Part shown: positions 37,143-47,924 of the stretch, piece after piece
How positions within the stretch are numbered: position 1 is the first letter of the stretch
Layout of the letters: every line of letters begins with the position of its first letter
IMG/VR virus record: IMGVR_UViG_3300044971_000875
Coordinates: 1-57,683 of that record
DNA: 57,683 nt
Source of the DNA: a virus
Taxonomy: Duplodnaviria > Caudoviricetes
Direction: 5' to 3' (one strand)
Notes under the pieces: model-generated
The model's input: only the letters and a program-made list of their open reading frames with translations
Told to the model about the DNA's origin: nothing
The model's database searches: none
Made by a program: the position numbers and the translations under genes

Positions 37143-38066
37143 CTATTTTAACATACTGGTAATGGAATTGTCAAACTTAAACTCCAGTTTTTTAATTGCA
37201 TCATCATCCATGTCGCCTATATCTTTATATTTTTTATCTATATACACAGAAGTAACAACAGGCCCAAGTCTTTTAATTAACTTATCTCTCATTATTATTC
37301 CTGCATCATCGTTATCTGCAATTAAAACAATGCTATTAAAATACTTTTCTAATAGTTTTATCTGTGCTGCAGAAACATTAGCACCCAGCGTAGCAACCGC
37401 AGGGAATCCTACTTGATCTAACCTAATTGCATCAAATGAAGACTCTACTACATAGACAATACTTGAAGTCTTTATTCTATGTAAATTAAATAATGTTTTA
37501 CCTTTTGGCAATCCAGGTGTATTTTTAAATTCTTTTCCTTCAACAGTTCTAGCCACAAACCCTATACACATTCCATCTGGGGAGTGTACTGGTATTGTTA
37601 CTGAATCTTGTTTTTCTGAATACCCAAGATTAAACTTATTAATAGAGTCTTTTGTAATACTTCTTCCTTCAAAATATCTAACTGCTCTTGGAGACTCCAA
37701 TGCTTGATTAGTTAATCTTTTAATAAGAAGTTCATCGTACTGAATAAATTCTGGTTTTTCAACTAATGCCCTGTTTACTGAATCCTCAATACTTGTCTCT
37801 TGTTCTTTGCTTTTAATATACCTAATTGATTCAAAGTATGTTCTATTAGATGTGTGCATTATAAATTCAATAAGTGTTTTTGTTGTCTGGCATCCAAAAC
37901 AAAAAAACATCCCATGATCTTTTGATACTTCTCCAGCAGGAGTTCTATTGTTATTGTGATATGGACAAAAAACAATGTAGTCAGTTCCATACTCTGCTTC
38001 AATGTCAATTCCAGCGCCAGTTAGTACACGACGTACCTGTTCTGCAGTATACACATCTTTAACCAT
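37143..38066 (-). CDS. dnaG: DNA primase (start revised from 38108)
   Basis: CPYH...CFGC zinc finger; VVES.FD, DND.AG, KD.GD TOPRIM. Confidence 0.92.
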   Translation of the reverse strand: MVKDVYTAEQVRRVLTGAGIDIEAEYGTDYIVFCPYHNNNRTPAGEVSKDHGMFFCFGCQTTKTLIEFIMHTSNRTYFESIRYIKSKEQETSIEDSVNRALVEKPEFIQYDELLIKRLTNQALESPRAVRYFEGRSITKDSINKFNLGYSEKQDSVTIPVHSPDGMCIGFVARTVEGKEFKNTPGLPKGKTLFNLHRIKTSSIVYVVESSFDAIRLDQVGFPAVATLGANVSAAQIKLLEKYFNSIVLIADNDDAGIIMRDKLIKRLGPVVTSVYIDKKYKDIGDMDDDAIKKLEFKFDNSITSMLK

Positions 38067-39285
38067 TTTTATCCTCATAGTCTTTATAGCGATAGTATCC
38101 TCTATCAAAGTCTACTTGAACTAAAAAATCACCCATAAAACCATTTCTATTTTTTCTAAATACGCATTCAATAATATCACTATTCGTAGCACGACCAAGA
38201 GCCATTACCCAGTCAGCATCATAGGCAATCTGTCTTGACCAAGCCGTTTGACCCAGTGTTGGTGGGCTAGATAAATCCTTAACATCATCTGGTGTAGCAG
38301 AAGAAATAGCCATAATTGGAACCTCTTCACTGATAGACATAAGTTTAAGTTCTCGTGAAAGGTTTTTCATTCGTACCGTTTCATTATCTGATTTTTGATT
38401 TGGAGACATAAGTTGTAAATAGTCAACAACAACAAAGTCTGGTTTATACTGATCAATTTTTCCACGTATAACCGAAGGAGTCACTTCTCCACCACTGTCA
38501 TTAGATATAATATGAAACTCTGGCTTACCCTGTAATTTATCTGCATGCCATTTTTTAAGCATATCAATCTCTACTTCGCCATTGCTAAGTTTACGATGAG
38601 ACCAAAGACCTTCACCCATAATTGCAAATACACGATTACGAACTTCTGTTTCAGACATTTCAAGACTTATGACTAGTGGGCTACGACCCTGTTTCCAAGC
38701 CTGTACAGCGAAATACAAGGCCAGCCAAGACTTTCCAATACCTGGGTATGCAAGGAAGACTCCAAGTTGTCCTGGCATAATTCCAGAAGGTAAATAGTTA
38801 TCAAACCCTGGAAGCCCAGTTTTAATTCCAACCTGTCCAAGATCCTGCATTTTTTTTACATTTTCAAAATAAGCAACTGCAGAGTCAAGGTCTGTTACCT
38901 CAATATCTCTAATTGCAGCAGTATTTTTTTTAAGTTCTGATGTCTTGGTAATTAAATGTTCAAGAGCATTATTACCATTACCGCTTTGAACTTCACCTGC
39001 TGCATTTCGTAAAATATCTTTAAGGCTATCATTTAAATATTCTGATTGTAATTCTTCAAGATGGTGCTTAGTTGCACCAACCCCCTCTACTGGATTAAAA
39101 TCTCTAAACTTTTCTACAACTAATGATGTTGGTGGAACCGATTGGTTATTTTCTGAATACTGTCTAATAAAATTCCAGACATCGTTGTGAGTTCTTAAAA
39201 GATTATCAACATTGGCTTGTAACAATACATGGATTTGTTTATCATTTAATACTGCTGTAATTAATTTTGCTTCTGTATTATTCAC
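38059..39285 (-). CDS. dnaB: Replicative DnaB-like helicase
   Basis: AYPGIGKS, SLEM, VDYLQLM, YDAD, K.RNG. Confidence 0.93.
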   Translation of the reverse strand: MNNTEAKLITAVLNDKQIHVLLQANVDNLLRTHNDVWNFIRQYSENNQSVPPTSLVVEKFRDFNPVEGVGATKHHLEELQSEYLNDSLKDILRNAAGEVQSGNGNNALEHLITKTSELKKNTAAIRDIEVTDLDSAVAYFENVKKMQDLGQVGIKTGLPGFDNYLPSGIMPGQLGVFLAYPGIGKSWLALYFAVQAWKQGRSPLVISLEMSETEVRNRVFAIMGEGLWSHRKLSNGEVEIDMLKKWHADKLQGKPEFHIISNDSGGEVTPSVIRGKIDQYKPDFVVVDYLQLMSPNQKSDNETVRMKNLSRELKLMSISEEVPIMAISSATPDDVKDLSSPPTLGQTAWSRQIAYDADWVMALGRATNSDIIECVFRKNRNGFMGDFLVQVDFDRGYYRYKDYEDKNG

Positions 39286-39586
39286 TAATCCACTTTCTTG
39301 CTAGTTTTCTTCGCTCTTCTCGTTCTTTAATATCTTGCTCTACTTCTATTTTACCATTAAGAATTTTTTCTGCATTGTATGCAAAATAATTCCAAGTAGG
39401 ATTTTCCGCTATCTTAAAATAATAATCTAATAAATCATAACATTGAGAAATGCTATAAGATTCAACAAGAGCATCTGCAGCCCATTGTTCAACATTAAGA
39501 TTCATGTTGCTTTTGGCTTCATATCTTTGTAGATGCAACTTATTGTATCTACTGAGCAAAGCCATACGGTCTTTGCGTTCAGCCAT
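39278..39586 (-). CDS. Hypothetical protein adjacent to helicase
   Basis: Coupled ORF. Confidence 0.7.
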   Translation of the reverse strand: MAERKDRMALLSRYNKLHLQRYEAKSNMNLNVEQWAADALVESYSISQCYDLLDYYFKIAENPTWNYFAYNAEKILNGKIEVEQDIKEREERRKLARKWISE

Positions 39587-39798
39587 TAGTCGTTACTGTC
39601 GGCCTCTGACTCGGCTTCTTTAACTTTTTCTGTTAACTTTTCTTCAACAAATTTATAAATTCTTTCAAAAGCCTGCTCTGTATTTTCATCATCACGCTTA
39701 GAATCAACTACTCCAAAATCAAATCTTAATGACTGAAAATTACCTAGATTAAGCGTATATCCAAGTGCTACAGATATTTTTGTATTTTCGTTTTCCAT
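39586..39798 (-). CDS. Hypothetical protein (start revised from 39855)
   Basis: V.LGYTLNLGNFQSLR.D motif. Confidence 0.75.
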   Translation of the reverse strand: MENENTKISVALGYTLNLGNFQSLRFDFGVVDSKRDDENTEQAFERIYKFVEEKLTEKVKEAESEADSND

Positions 39799-39817
39799 TA
39801 CCCCACCATTTCTGCTA

Positions 39818-40360
39818 TTAAATATTCTCTGCCCAAACAGGAATAAATCTACCATCTTCTGTCTTCGTATATGTAAGTATACCGTCTCCCATTCGCCGTG
39901 TCAATTCTTGGCTTGTAGGAGTCATATTATTTGTTATAAGTCCATCTTTTCTTGGTTGCCCTATATGTATAGTAGCCAGTATAGCACGAATGTCCTTTAC
40001 CATGCTTTCTGAATAATATGACCTTATTCTAAAACCACGTTCGCCATTTAACTTTGATCCAACTGGTAATGGAATTACACCGTTTTTCATTAATTTAGGC
40101 ATATACTTTCTATGACGATTAATCAATTTAGCAGTCTCTGCTACGGTGTAGGCTCTTTCTCTTTTTTTTCTAAAATCTGAACGTAAACAAGTTTCAAGTC
40201 TATCTTTAGTTATATTATAAACAGAAACCATGCCAGTAGATCGTGAACTATGATGAAGCCTTACAAGATCTCCATTAAGAAACCATATTTTTTTATTTCC
40301 TTGTATTACAGTTTCGTTATTGTATGCTTGGCTCTGAATGATTCCTTTGCTAGTAACCAT
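39818..40360 (-). CDS. MerR-like HTH DNA-binding protein
   Basis: YTV.ETAKLINRH...G.IP.P...YYSE. Confidence 0.7.
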   Translation of the reverse strand: MVTSKGIIQSQAYNNETVIQGNKKIWFLNGDLVRLHHSSRSTGMVSVYNITKDRLETCLRSDFRKKRERAYTVAETAKLINRHRKYMPKLMKNGVIPLPVGSKLNGERGFRIRSYYSESMVKDIRAILATIHIGQPRKDGLITNNMTPTSQELTRRMGDGILTYTKTEDGRFIPVWAENI

Positions 40361-40497
40361 CTACCTTCTTCGCTTTCTGTTGGCGGATGAAAGAATTTTC
40401 TTAATCCACATATAACACAATATGTTTCCATATGCTGGATACTACTATATTGTCTGTCAACAAGTACTCTACCCCTACATTTTTTACAAAAAATCAT
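40306..40497 (-). CDS. Zinc-ribbon hypothetical protein
   Basis: C.KC.GR...DR...C..CG. Confidence 0.7.
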   Translation of the reverse strand: MIFCKKCRGRVLVDRQYSSIQHMETYCVICGLRKFFHPPTESEEGRWLLAKESFRAKHTITKL

Positions 40498-40507
40498 TGT
40501 TTTATTC

Positions 40508-40948
40508 TCAGTTTGGAATTCCGATAATAATTAAGTGTACTGATAAAGATAGGTCACCAGAGGTACCAAACCTTACAACGCCTTCAACTCTTGTTTCTGT
40601 AACGCTTTTTAAAACAATATTCACGTTTTGTCCTGCTGGAGTACCTCTAGTATTAACTGGTGTTGCTGATACTATTGGTGGATATTTAAAGTCTTTAAAG
40701 TCATAAGTAAATGTTCTTTCGTTTCCCGCTGAAACTGTGGAGTTATTTGCAACTTCAACCAAACCGCCAACTATTCTTGTGTTAGAAGTTTGCACCTCTG
40801 CCTTACCCGCACTTGCTGTATCAATAATTGTTTTACTTGTTTGCTTAGAAGCAACATTTGTAGAAAGGTCGTTTACAGCCTCAATCAATTGATATAAATA
40901 TGTAACATCAAGAGGTTGCCCTCTTTCTGGTAGTGGTACTTTTGCCAT
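40508..40948 (-). CDS. Minor tail/virion protein
   Basis: End of tail module; F.YPPIV.AT, IIIG C-terminus resembling H-lectin/gp53-like folds. Confidence 0.55.
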   Translation of the reverse strand: MAKVPLPERGQPLDVTYLYQLIEAVNDLSTNVASKQTSKTIIDTASAGKAEVQTSNTRIVGGLVEVANNSTVSAGNERTFTYDFKDFKYPPIVSATPVNTRGTPAGQNVNIVLKSVTETRVEGVVRFGTSGDLSLSVHLIIIGIPN

Positions 40949-40965
40949 TTATTCCTCCTATTTTA

Positions 40966-41391
40966 TTATACCAAAGAAACTAAGCCAGAATTGTATATTT
41001 GCAAATTGGCATTTAATGTTTTTTCAGATGATTCAACTTGAATAATTACACGTACATTTGTGGTTCCAGTTTTAATAAATTGATATGAGTGAATTGGTGT
41101 TGTCCCATGATAGGTTGCCGTAGCCCCATCAAATCCAACAAAAACATCATACTTTGGTCTATTTAATTCATCTCCCCATACTGCACTAATAACCGAGGTT
41201 GAGACCTGTATGGCTCCAGCAACGCTGGTAATTGAGTCATCTAATACAAGATTTATTGGAGACCATTGAGAGGTTCTGTTTTTATCTTCAGAAACAATCC
41301 TATATCTAAAAACGTATCCAACTTTATCATGATCTAGTGCTGGCAAAGATGTTTTTTTAATTATAACTTTTTTAATTCCTGCATCAGCCAT
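40966..41391 (-). CDS. Minor tail protein
   Basis: RYRIVSED.NR.S.WSP; tail module position. Confidence 0.55.
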   Translation of the reverse strand: MADAGIKKVIIKKTSLPALDHDKVGYVFRYRIVSEDKNRTSQWSPINLVLDDSITSVAGAIQVSTSVISAVWGDELNRPKYDVFVGFDGATATYHGTTPIHSYQFIKTGTTNVRVIIQVESSEKTLNANLQIYNSGLVSLV

Positions 41392-42551
41392 TATGAATTA
41401 TTTCCACTAGAAAGATCTACTGAAAATCTAAATTCAACATAGTTACTGGTATTGGGACTCTTAACTATAGTTGCTGCGCCTGAAGTTTGAATAACTGAGT
41501 ATCCTGTTAATCCATAAAGTGGATTTACTGTAGCAACATTTTCTAGTTTTAAAGCATCTAGGGCTACATAATAGTTTCCCGATGGATTAACTCCATCAAT
41601 AACACATGCGTATATTTTAACTACAGAAACATCATTCCAATCAAATCCAGATGTTCTATATAGTTGTTGAAGTTGTTTTGTTACAACAAAGTACCTTTCT
41701 GTAGCAAAATCATGTTGTCCACCACTACTGTCATCTGCAACTTCTGCTTCAAGTCTTGCAAATTGTGTTCCACTTGTATTTTCAAATGAAACTAAAACTC
41801 TTGCTCTTTCTGGTTGAGTGCCAGCCCCATATGTTCCATCTCTATTTATTATTGAAAATGCCAATCTTAGTTCATCTGTTGGAGCATTTCTTGTAAAGTC
41901 AACCGTTGCTCCGCTTAATCTAATATAGTTTGATCCTGCTCCTATTTGAAAAGTATCTTGTGTTGGACCGCTATCTGATTCAATATCAAGATCAGCCTCA
42001 TTGCCTTTTATCATAATTACATTATTTAAAAATCTTGGTCTTTCATATCTTGCAACTCTTGGTGATTTAAAAAATATTGGGTTATCTGCGTTTGTTTGAA
42101 ATACTGGATTTGCTATAGCGATAATGTTGTCATAGTTTGGGGCATCTAACGCATTGGATTCTGTATTAATTGCTACTGCAGATGCTGCTGTTACATATTG
42201 CCAGTTTTCTGTTTGTGTAAAAGCAAAAACTGTTTTACTATCATATGCTCCCGCAGATGGGTTAGAACCTGCAGAATATATTCCAATTTCAGATATTTCA
42301 TATCTTTCTTCTGTTGGTAGTTCTGCTGTCAAAACAATTTTATCTACACCGTCTTCGTTTACAAAGCCTCTAGAAGATATTGGAACACGAAACATTTCAA
42401 AATTTAAATTTGTTTTTGTTGAATAGTCGCCAATTTCATCGGCAGTATCTAGTGGGGTAGCACCACAACCAATAGCAATATACGAGGCATAGGCAGGGGC
42501 CTGACCAAGTAAATATTTTGCAATAATAGATTTACCAGTATTAGTTATCAT
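41391..42551 (-). CDS. Minor tail/baseplate protein
   Basis: MITNTGK..IAKY, FE.FR.P, AELP, E.G.Y. Confidence 0.65.
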   Translation of the reverse strand: MITNTGKSIIAKYLLGQAPAYASYIAIGCGATPLDTADEIGDYSTKTNLNFEMFRVPISSRGFVNEDGVDKIVLTAELPTEERYEISEIGIYSAGSNPSAGAYDSKTVFAFTQTENWQYVTAASAVAINTESNALDAPNYDNIIAIANPVFQTNADNPIFFKSPRVARYERPRFLNNVIMIKGNEADLDIESDSGPTQDTFQIGAGSNYIRLSGATVDFTRNAPTDELRLAFSIINRDGTYGAGTQPERARVLVSFENTSGTQFARLEAEVADDSSGGQHDFATERYFVVTKQLQQLYRTSGFDWNDVSVVKIYACVIDGVNPSGNYYVALDALKLENVATVNPLYGLTGYSVIQTSGAATIVKSPNTSNYVEFRFSVDLSSGNNS

Positions 42552-43414
42552 GAGGCGTAGTCTCCAAGATCTGCTTCATATATTGTACCACTTACGCTAA
42601 TCTGTGTTTCTATTTGTTCATCAGGATTTATATTAATAAATTCAATAATTAAGTCTCCTGTTGCGTTAAGGTACACGTTTTCTCCATTAGTCCCGTTGCC
42701 AGTTTCTGGAATTTTGTCCTCTAATTTAATTGAAAATCCAGCAAAAAATTTATCTGAGGTTTGTTGAAGACTAATAATATTGTTTGAATTATATATTTGT
42801 TGAATGGCTGAAAGGTTTTTAATTGGTTGATATGATATTTTTTGACCATTAACAATATCAGACCTTGTTATATTAATTAATTCTTGTCCGCCAATATTTT
42901 CAAATATTTGATCAAACATTCCGTCTGTTGTAACAACTTCTTCATCAAATAAAATAATATCTAATGTTGCAGTTTTAACTGGTGGTGGAGGTGGAGAGAC
43001 TGTTACTGACAAGTTTGGAGTTTGTGGTATTGCAACTATTGCACCTGTCATAAAAGTAGTTTGTCCTGTATTTGCAACTACAGTTTCTTGCTTAACTTTT
43101 CCTGGTTCAGATTCTTTTTTAACTGTTGCTGGCTCATACCCAGTTGCTGTACGAACAGTTCCCATCGGTATAGGTCCAATAAATAATTTATTTGATGATG
43201 TTGACTGAACAGCAGAAGATTTTGTAGGAACTGTTTGAGTTTTTGCGATTGGCGTTGGGGTAAAATTTAGACGATCTTCTCTTATGTTTGCTTTATTAGC
43301 ATCTCTCTTTGCTTCAACAGCAATTGCTTCGGCTTTTTTTGCTGCTTCTCTTTTTTCAAATTCTTTTCTTACGTTTGGCACTCCAGCAGAAGTAGGAGTA
43401 AATGGTTTTGCCAT
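42548..43414 (-). CDS. Minor tail protein with low-complexity N-terminus
   Basis: FE.IGGQELI.I.R.D..NGQ; Pro/Thr/Lys-rich N-terminal part. Confidence 0.55.
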   Translation of the reverse strand: MAKPFTPTSAGVPNVRKEFEKREAAKKAEAIAVEAKRDANKANIREDRLNFTPTPIAKTQTVPTKSSAVQSTSSNKLFIGPIPMGTVRTATGYEPATVKKESEPGKVKQETVVANTGQTTFMTGAIVAIPQTPNLSVTVSPPPPPVKTATLDIILFDEEVVTTDGMFDQIFENIGGQELINITRSDIVNGQKISYQPIKNLSAIQQIYNSNNIISLQQTSDKFFAGFSIKLEDKIPETGNGTNGENVYLNATGDLIIEFININPDEQIETQISVSGTIYEADLGDYAS

Positions 43415-43415
43415 A

Positions 43416-46400
43416 TTACACCTCCGCTAAATAAATAGTCATATCTGGACCATTTATTTTTCTTGTATATTCAATATTATAAACTATAAATCTAGAGTTA
43501 TCTGAAGTAACCAAATCTAAATTATTAGAATCTTTATAGTTAATTGTTAGTATATCTCCTAGTTGAATTGTTGGAGTTGCAAATATTTTTAAACCGATTA
43601 ATTTTTTAGGAAACATAAGTTTATTTATTGTCCAGCCCATTAAATTTTCTGCATCATCCTGTGTTTGTATGTATGGGGTATCTAAAGTAAACTCGTTATT
43701 TCCGTAAATCATCCTGCTTCTTTTAATTTCATCAAACTTTTGTTTTTCAACTTGTGGAGAAACAATTTGAGAAGATCCAGTTAATAATGGATTAGAAAAA
43801 TTGCCACGTTTTTTAAAGTACTCGTCAACAGTTAATTCATGAGTGGTATCCTGTGTAAATGTTATACCCTGAATTCTTAAATAATTACCGCTTGTCTCAT
43901 CAAGATTTAATGCTGTGTCTGTAGCGTTAAATATTAAAAACTCAGCACCATATGAGTCTGCATAAAAGCCAGATGAAACATATCCCTTAATGTTATTAAA
44001 TGTTGGCGATAATTTGGCATAAAGCGCAGGGTATGCACGATCATATTTAATATCAAAATAGGCGCACTCTCTCATTATTGAGCCAAATTCATCAAAATAT
44101 AAATTATATTTAGGTGGTTGTTGAGAACTAATTCCAGATAAATAAGTTGCCTGAACAATACCACTCATTGCATATTTTCTTAAAGACTCACTAGCGCTTA
44201 TTTCGTTGTCGCCAAAGGCGGAAGATAGCGTTTCTCCAACTGTAAATACAGTATTTTGAGAATAGTTTTGAGATAGAGCGTATATGTTTTCAAACATTAC
44301 TCTAGATGATCCACGGACAAACGGAGCCATATTATTATATATTGGAAGTGGATCTGGATCATCTACAACCTTAATTAATTGATTATTAATGTATAAATAA
44401 AATCTTCTTATTTTTCCTATATCTTGGTACTCTACTGCTAAATCATATACCGTTGGATTTTCTTCGCCAGTCATTCTATATTGGCCAGTAAACCTTCCAT
44501 CGTCAACTATAATTTTTGATAGACCTCCATAAAGTTTTACAGGAATTGCATCATTATTTGATGCATCTTTTTTAATTTTATAAAATACAACGTTGTTGAT
44601 AGAAATGTTTGATTTATTTTCTTTGTCTAATTTTAAGTATGACTCTATATTGTCTTCTGTTAGTGCAGCAATTTCAAAATAGTACCCATTGTTAGTGGTT
44701 GGATTAAGCAATACTGCAAGGCCACCTGAGCCACCACCAATACTTACGTTTTGGTCTGGTTGAACTCCAGCAACTTGATAATATGTTGTGCTTCCGTTTG
44801 GCGTTTGACTACGGCGTTCGTTATTTTCAATTTTTCCAATAATACGTATTCTTGTTCCAAAATGTTTGTAGGAATTGTCTAATTCTTTATAAACATAAGA
44901 AACTAGATTAATTGGAGTTTCTGTTGTTTCAAAAGTTGGACCATTCATTACTAGCGCTGATGATTGAATTGTTCCAGTTTTAGGAGATGTAGTTGAATTA
45001 ACTGAAGTTTCTGTTGTATAACTTGAAGACATAAAATTTTTAATTGTTCCATTTCTTAAAGTTTGTTGAGCCTTAGAATTATTAACTCCTGCTGCCCCAG
45101 TAGTAGTTGCTGGTAAAGAAATATCTTCAAGTAGGGTGGTTGTAAATAAATATTCAGTTTGCATTTCACAACCTCTAACATAAGAATTGTCTGACCAATA
45201 AGAATTTATTCCAGCCGTATGATCTGTTATAGTTGTTCCAAATTGAGCACGACCATGCTCATAAACTGCACCATTTTGTAAGCGAGTAATACCTTCAATT
45301 TCTTCATAAAATGGAACTGTATAAATCCTTATTAAGCCAGTCGGATATATTTTTCCATTAAACGGTAGTGATCTAAAAAAATTTTGATATTCTTGATTAT
45401 TTGTAATCCACACATTGCTACTACCTTGCTTATGAGATGCCCTCCATGCCTGAATTTCTTCACCCTTTTGTGCTTCTGTAATTTCTCCATTTGCAACCTT
45501 CTTGTCTAATCCATCAATAACACCTGTTGGGGCTAGTCTTCCAGGTAAAACTATTTGTGGTTTAGAGTCATCTAGATTTATACCGTCCGATAATATTGGA
45601 TACCAAATTGCAAGAGTAACGTTAAATTGGGCAGCATCATATCTAATAACTTCTCCATTAGAATAAAAATATCCTTGGTATCTTGTAAGCCAATAAATAT
45701 TTTCTCCAACATCAAAAACATTGTTTACTATTTTATGATTAACTACGCTTGGTGCAGATGCAGTAAGGTCCGAACTTAATGGCATTGCACCCAAAACATA
45801 TTTTCCTTGTTTAGACGCAACTTCATTAATTGTTTTAGTTGAGTCTGTTCCAGATACTTCCCATAAAAGTGCAGGTTTGTAGATCCAAGTTTTGTCTATA
45901 TCAATCATACTTGCTTGGCGAATAGAACCATATGATCTTTGTATATACCTAGTAGTGTAATTAATTTTTCCATTATTATAAACTTTTTTGTCTTGTGAGG
46001 CAATTGAAATAATGTTTGGAAGTGTTCCAGATGAAAAATTTTCAACAATACCACTAATAGATTGGTTGTTAGTTCCAGATAAAACCATGCTGGATGCTCT
46101 ATCATTTAAATTTGGAAGCATGTAATTTTTGCTCATTACAATAAAATTATTGTATTCATCAAAAAACATTGCTGTTTGTGTAGAAACTGCAAGTTGGTTT
46201 AACACTTCTGCTACCGTTTGGTCTGGAGCAATAAAAAAATATGGAATGATTGGATCTGGCTCATTAACTGTTCTATAAAATGCATAGTTGCTAAATCCAA
46301 TGTAATCAAGGATTAAACTAATTGCATAACTAAGTGATACTTCTGTTACTAACATTCTTGGAGCAGGCATAGATTCTAAGAAAAAATAAAAATCTCTTAA

Positions 46401-47924
46401 AGATATTTCTAACGTACCCGCAGTGACATCTGCTTGTGGAAATCCATCGGAGTAAAGTGTTTTAATTGGGACCCAATAGTCAAACCCACTTACATTTAAT
46501 ATTTTTTCATAAAAATTAAATTTAATATTTTTACGAACATAATCACTAACTATGCTATTAGTATTGTTTTCATTAAATGCTTGATCATCATCAAACAGAG
46601 ACATGCTTCCAGTTGAGGCAAGTAACTGTCCTACTGGCAAAGCAGATGTTCCAAGATCGGAAAGAATTTTTTTAACACTGTATTCAATTGTTTTATTAGA
46701 TAAATCAACAATCAGTCTTGGTGACATTTCAATTAAATCAAAAGTAGAGTCAAATTTGTTCATTCTCTCTACAACAATTCTTAGACCACGAAGATTTTGA
46801 AATTCTCTGTAAAAAGTTTTACCGTTTGTTGTTTCTTGAAAAGATAATGGATTTGTAAGATCTGTAACAAAAGTTGTTTTATTATTAATTTCTTCGTTTC
46901 CTAATACCCAGCCGTAAACTGGAGCAAATGTTTCATATTCTTCTGTAGTGCTATTCCAAACACTATATGTTCCAACTTCATTTTCGTTTGCAATAACTAA
47001 ATATGCGTATCCATTTATTGATTCTTTTGGCAACAAAGTAGATGATGAAATTGTATCAACATGAATAAAATTGTCTTCAAAAATACTTGGAATATTTTTT
47101 ACTCCATACTGTAACTCAACATAGCCGTCAGAAGCAATAATAGGAGATCCATCATTGCGAGTATCATTTTCAGTAAATACGTAAGCATCTGTCCAATTAT
47201 TTTCTTCAAGGTACTGAATTTTCCATCTTGTTGGTGTTGTCTTATTTTCATTACCAAAAAATGGATCTGCAAAAGTTTTAGATATATCGGTAAAATCTCC
47301 CAAGTCTATATCTCCAACATTAGTTTGCATTTTTACAATAATTCGGTTTGCTGGTACATTTTTTTTATAAACTACAAACGGTACGGCATCATCTATATAG
47401 TAATTGCCATTAACAATTATTTTAGCAATACCTCTTTCAATACCACTTTCAGTTCTAAAAGATGTAAAATATTTAAATTGATCATAGCGTGATGCCATAT
47501 AATATCTTGGCCTTCTTGCAAGGTCACTGCCAGAGTTTGATAAAAACTTTCCTTTAAAGGCAACTGCTTTGTTAATACCAGATCTTGGCCTGAATGGTTT
47601 TACGCAATCTTCTAGTGAGTATAAAAGTTTATTTTTTTCTTTTATAGATGTAAAAATTTGTGGTGTTTCATTATTTTCAAATCCTCCGTCAATGATAACA
47701 TCAGCGTCTGTTGCACCAGTATAAAATAACCCAGTGTCTGCGTTATCAAATGTGTTTGGTAATGTTAAAAATTTAGAACTTTGCTCTTGAGATCTATATC
47801 TATAATTGCCAAGTTTAAATATATTATCTGGCATATTCATGTTCCACTCAGCCAAAACTAGGGATTCTGTTTGTATTGTTGCAGATGTTTCAAAATGGTT
47901 TTTTAGTTCGGTGCTTTCAAACAT
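43416..47924 (-). CDS. Large minor tail (hub/central fibre) protein
   Basis: 1502 aa, two genes after TMP; FFDEYNN, P.IQLGD. Confidence 0.75.
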   Translation of the reverse strand: MFESTELKNHFETSATIQTESLVLAEWNMNMPDNIFKLGNYRYRSQEQSSKFLTLPNTFDNADTGLFYTGATDADVIIDGGFENNETPQIFTSIKEKNKLLYSLEDCVKPFRPRSGINKAVAFKGKFLSNSGSDLARRPRYYMASRYDQFKYFTSFRTESGIERGIAKIIVNGNYYIDDAVPFVVYKKNVPANRIIVKMQTNVGDIDLGDFTDISKTFADPFFGNENKTTPTRWKIQYLEENNWTDAYVFTENDTRNDGSPIIASDGYVELQYGVKNIPSIFEDNFIHVDTISSSTLLPKESINGYAYLVIANENEVGTYSVWNSTTEEYETFAPVYGWVLGNEEINNKTTFVTDLTNPLSFQETTNGKTFYREFQNLRGLRIVVERMNKFDSTFDLIEMSPRLIVDLSNKTIEYSVKKILSDLGTSALPVGQLLASTGSMSLFDDDQAFNENNTNSIVSDYVRKNIKFNFYEKILNVSGFDYWVPIKTLYSDGFPQADVTAGTLEISLRDFYFFLESMPAPRMLVTEVSLSYAISLILDYIGFSNYAFYRTVNEPDPIIPYFFIAPDQTVAEVLNQLAVSTQTAMFFDEYNNFIVMSKNYMLPNLNDRASSMVLSGTNNQSISGIVENFSSGTLPNIISIASQDKKVYNNGKINYTTRYIQRSYGSIRQASMIDIDKTWIYKPALLWEVSGTDSTKTINEVASKQGKYVLGAMPLSSDLTASAPSVVNHKIVNNVFDVGENIYWLTRYQGYFYSNGEVIRYDAAQFNVTLAIWYPILSDGINLDDSKPQIVLPGRLAPTGVIDGLDKKVANGEITEAQKGEEIQAWRASHKQGSSNVWITNNQEYQNFFRSLPFNGKIYPTGLIRIYTVPFYEEIEGITRLQNGAVYEHGRAQFGTTITDHTAGINSYWSDNSYVRGCEMQTEYLFTTTLLEDISLPATTTGAAGVNNSKAQQTLRNGTIKNFMSSSYTTETSVNSTTSPKTGTIQSSALVMNGPTFETTETPINLVSYVYKELDNSYKHFGTRIRIIGKIENNERRSQTPNGSTTYYQVAGVQPDQNVSIGGGSGGLAVLLNPTTNNGYYFEIAALTEDNIESYLKLDKENKSNISINNVVFYKIKKDASNNDAIPVKLYGGLSKIIVDDGRFTGQYRMTGEENPTVYDLAVEYQDIGKIRRFYLYINNQLIKVVDDPDPLPIYNNMAPFVRGSSRVMFENIYALSQNYSQNTVFTVGETLSSAFGDNEISASESLRKYAMSGIVQATYLSGISSQQPPKYNLYFDEFGSIMRECAYFDIKYDRAYPALYAKLSPTFNNIKGYVSSGFYADSYGAEFLIFNATDTALNLDETSGNYLRIQGITFTQDTTHELTVDEYFKKRGNFSNPLLTGSSQIVSPQVEKQKFDEIKRSRMIYGNNEFTLDTPYIQTQDDAENLMGWTINKLMFPKKLIGLKIFATPTIQLGDILTINYKDSNNLDLVTSDNSRFIVYNIEYTRKINGPDMTIYLAEV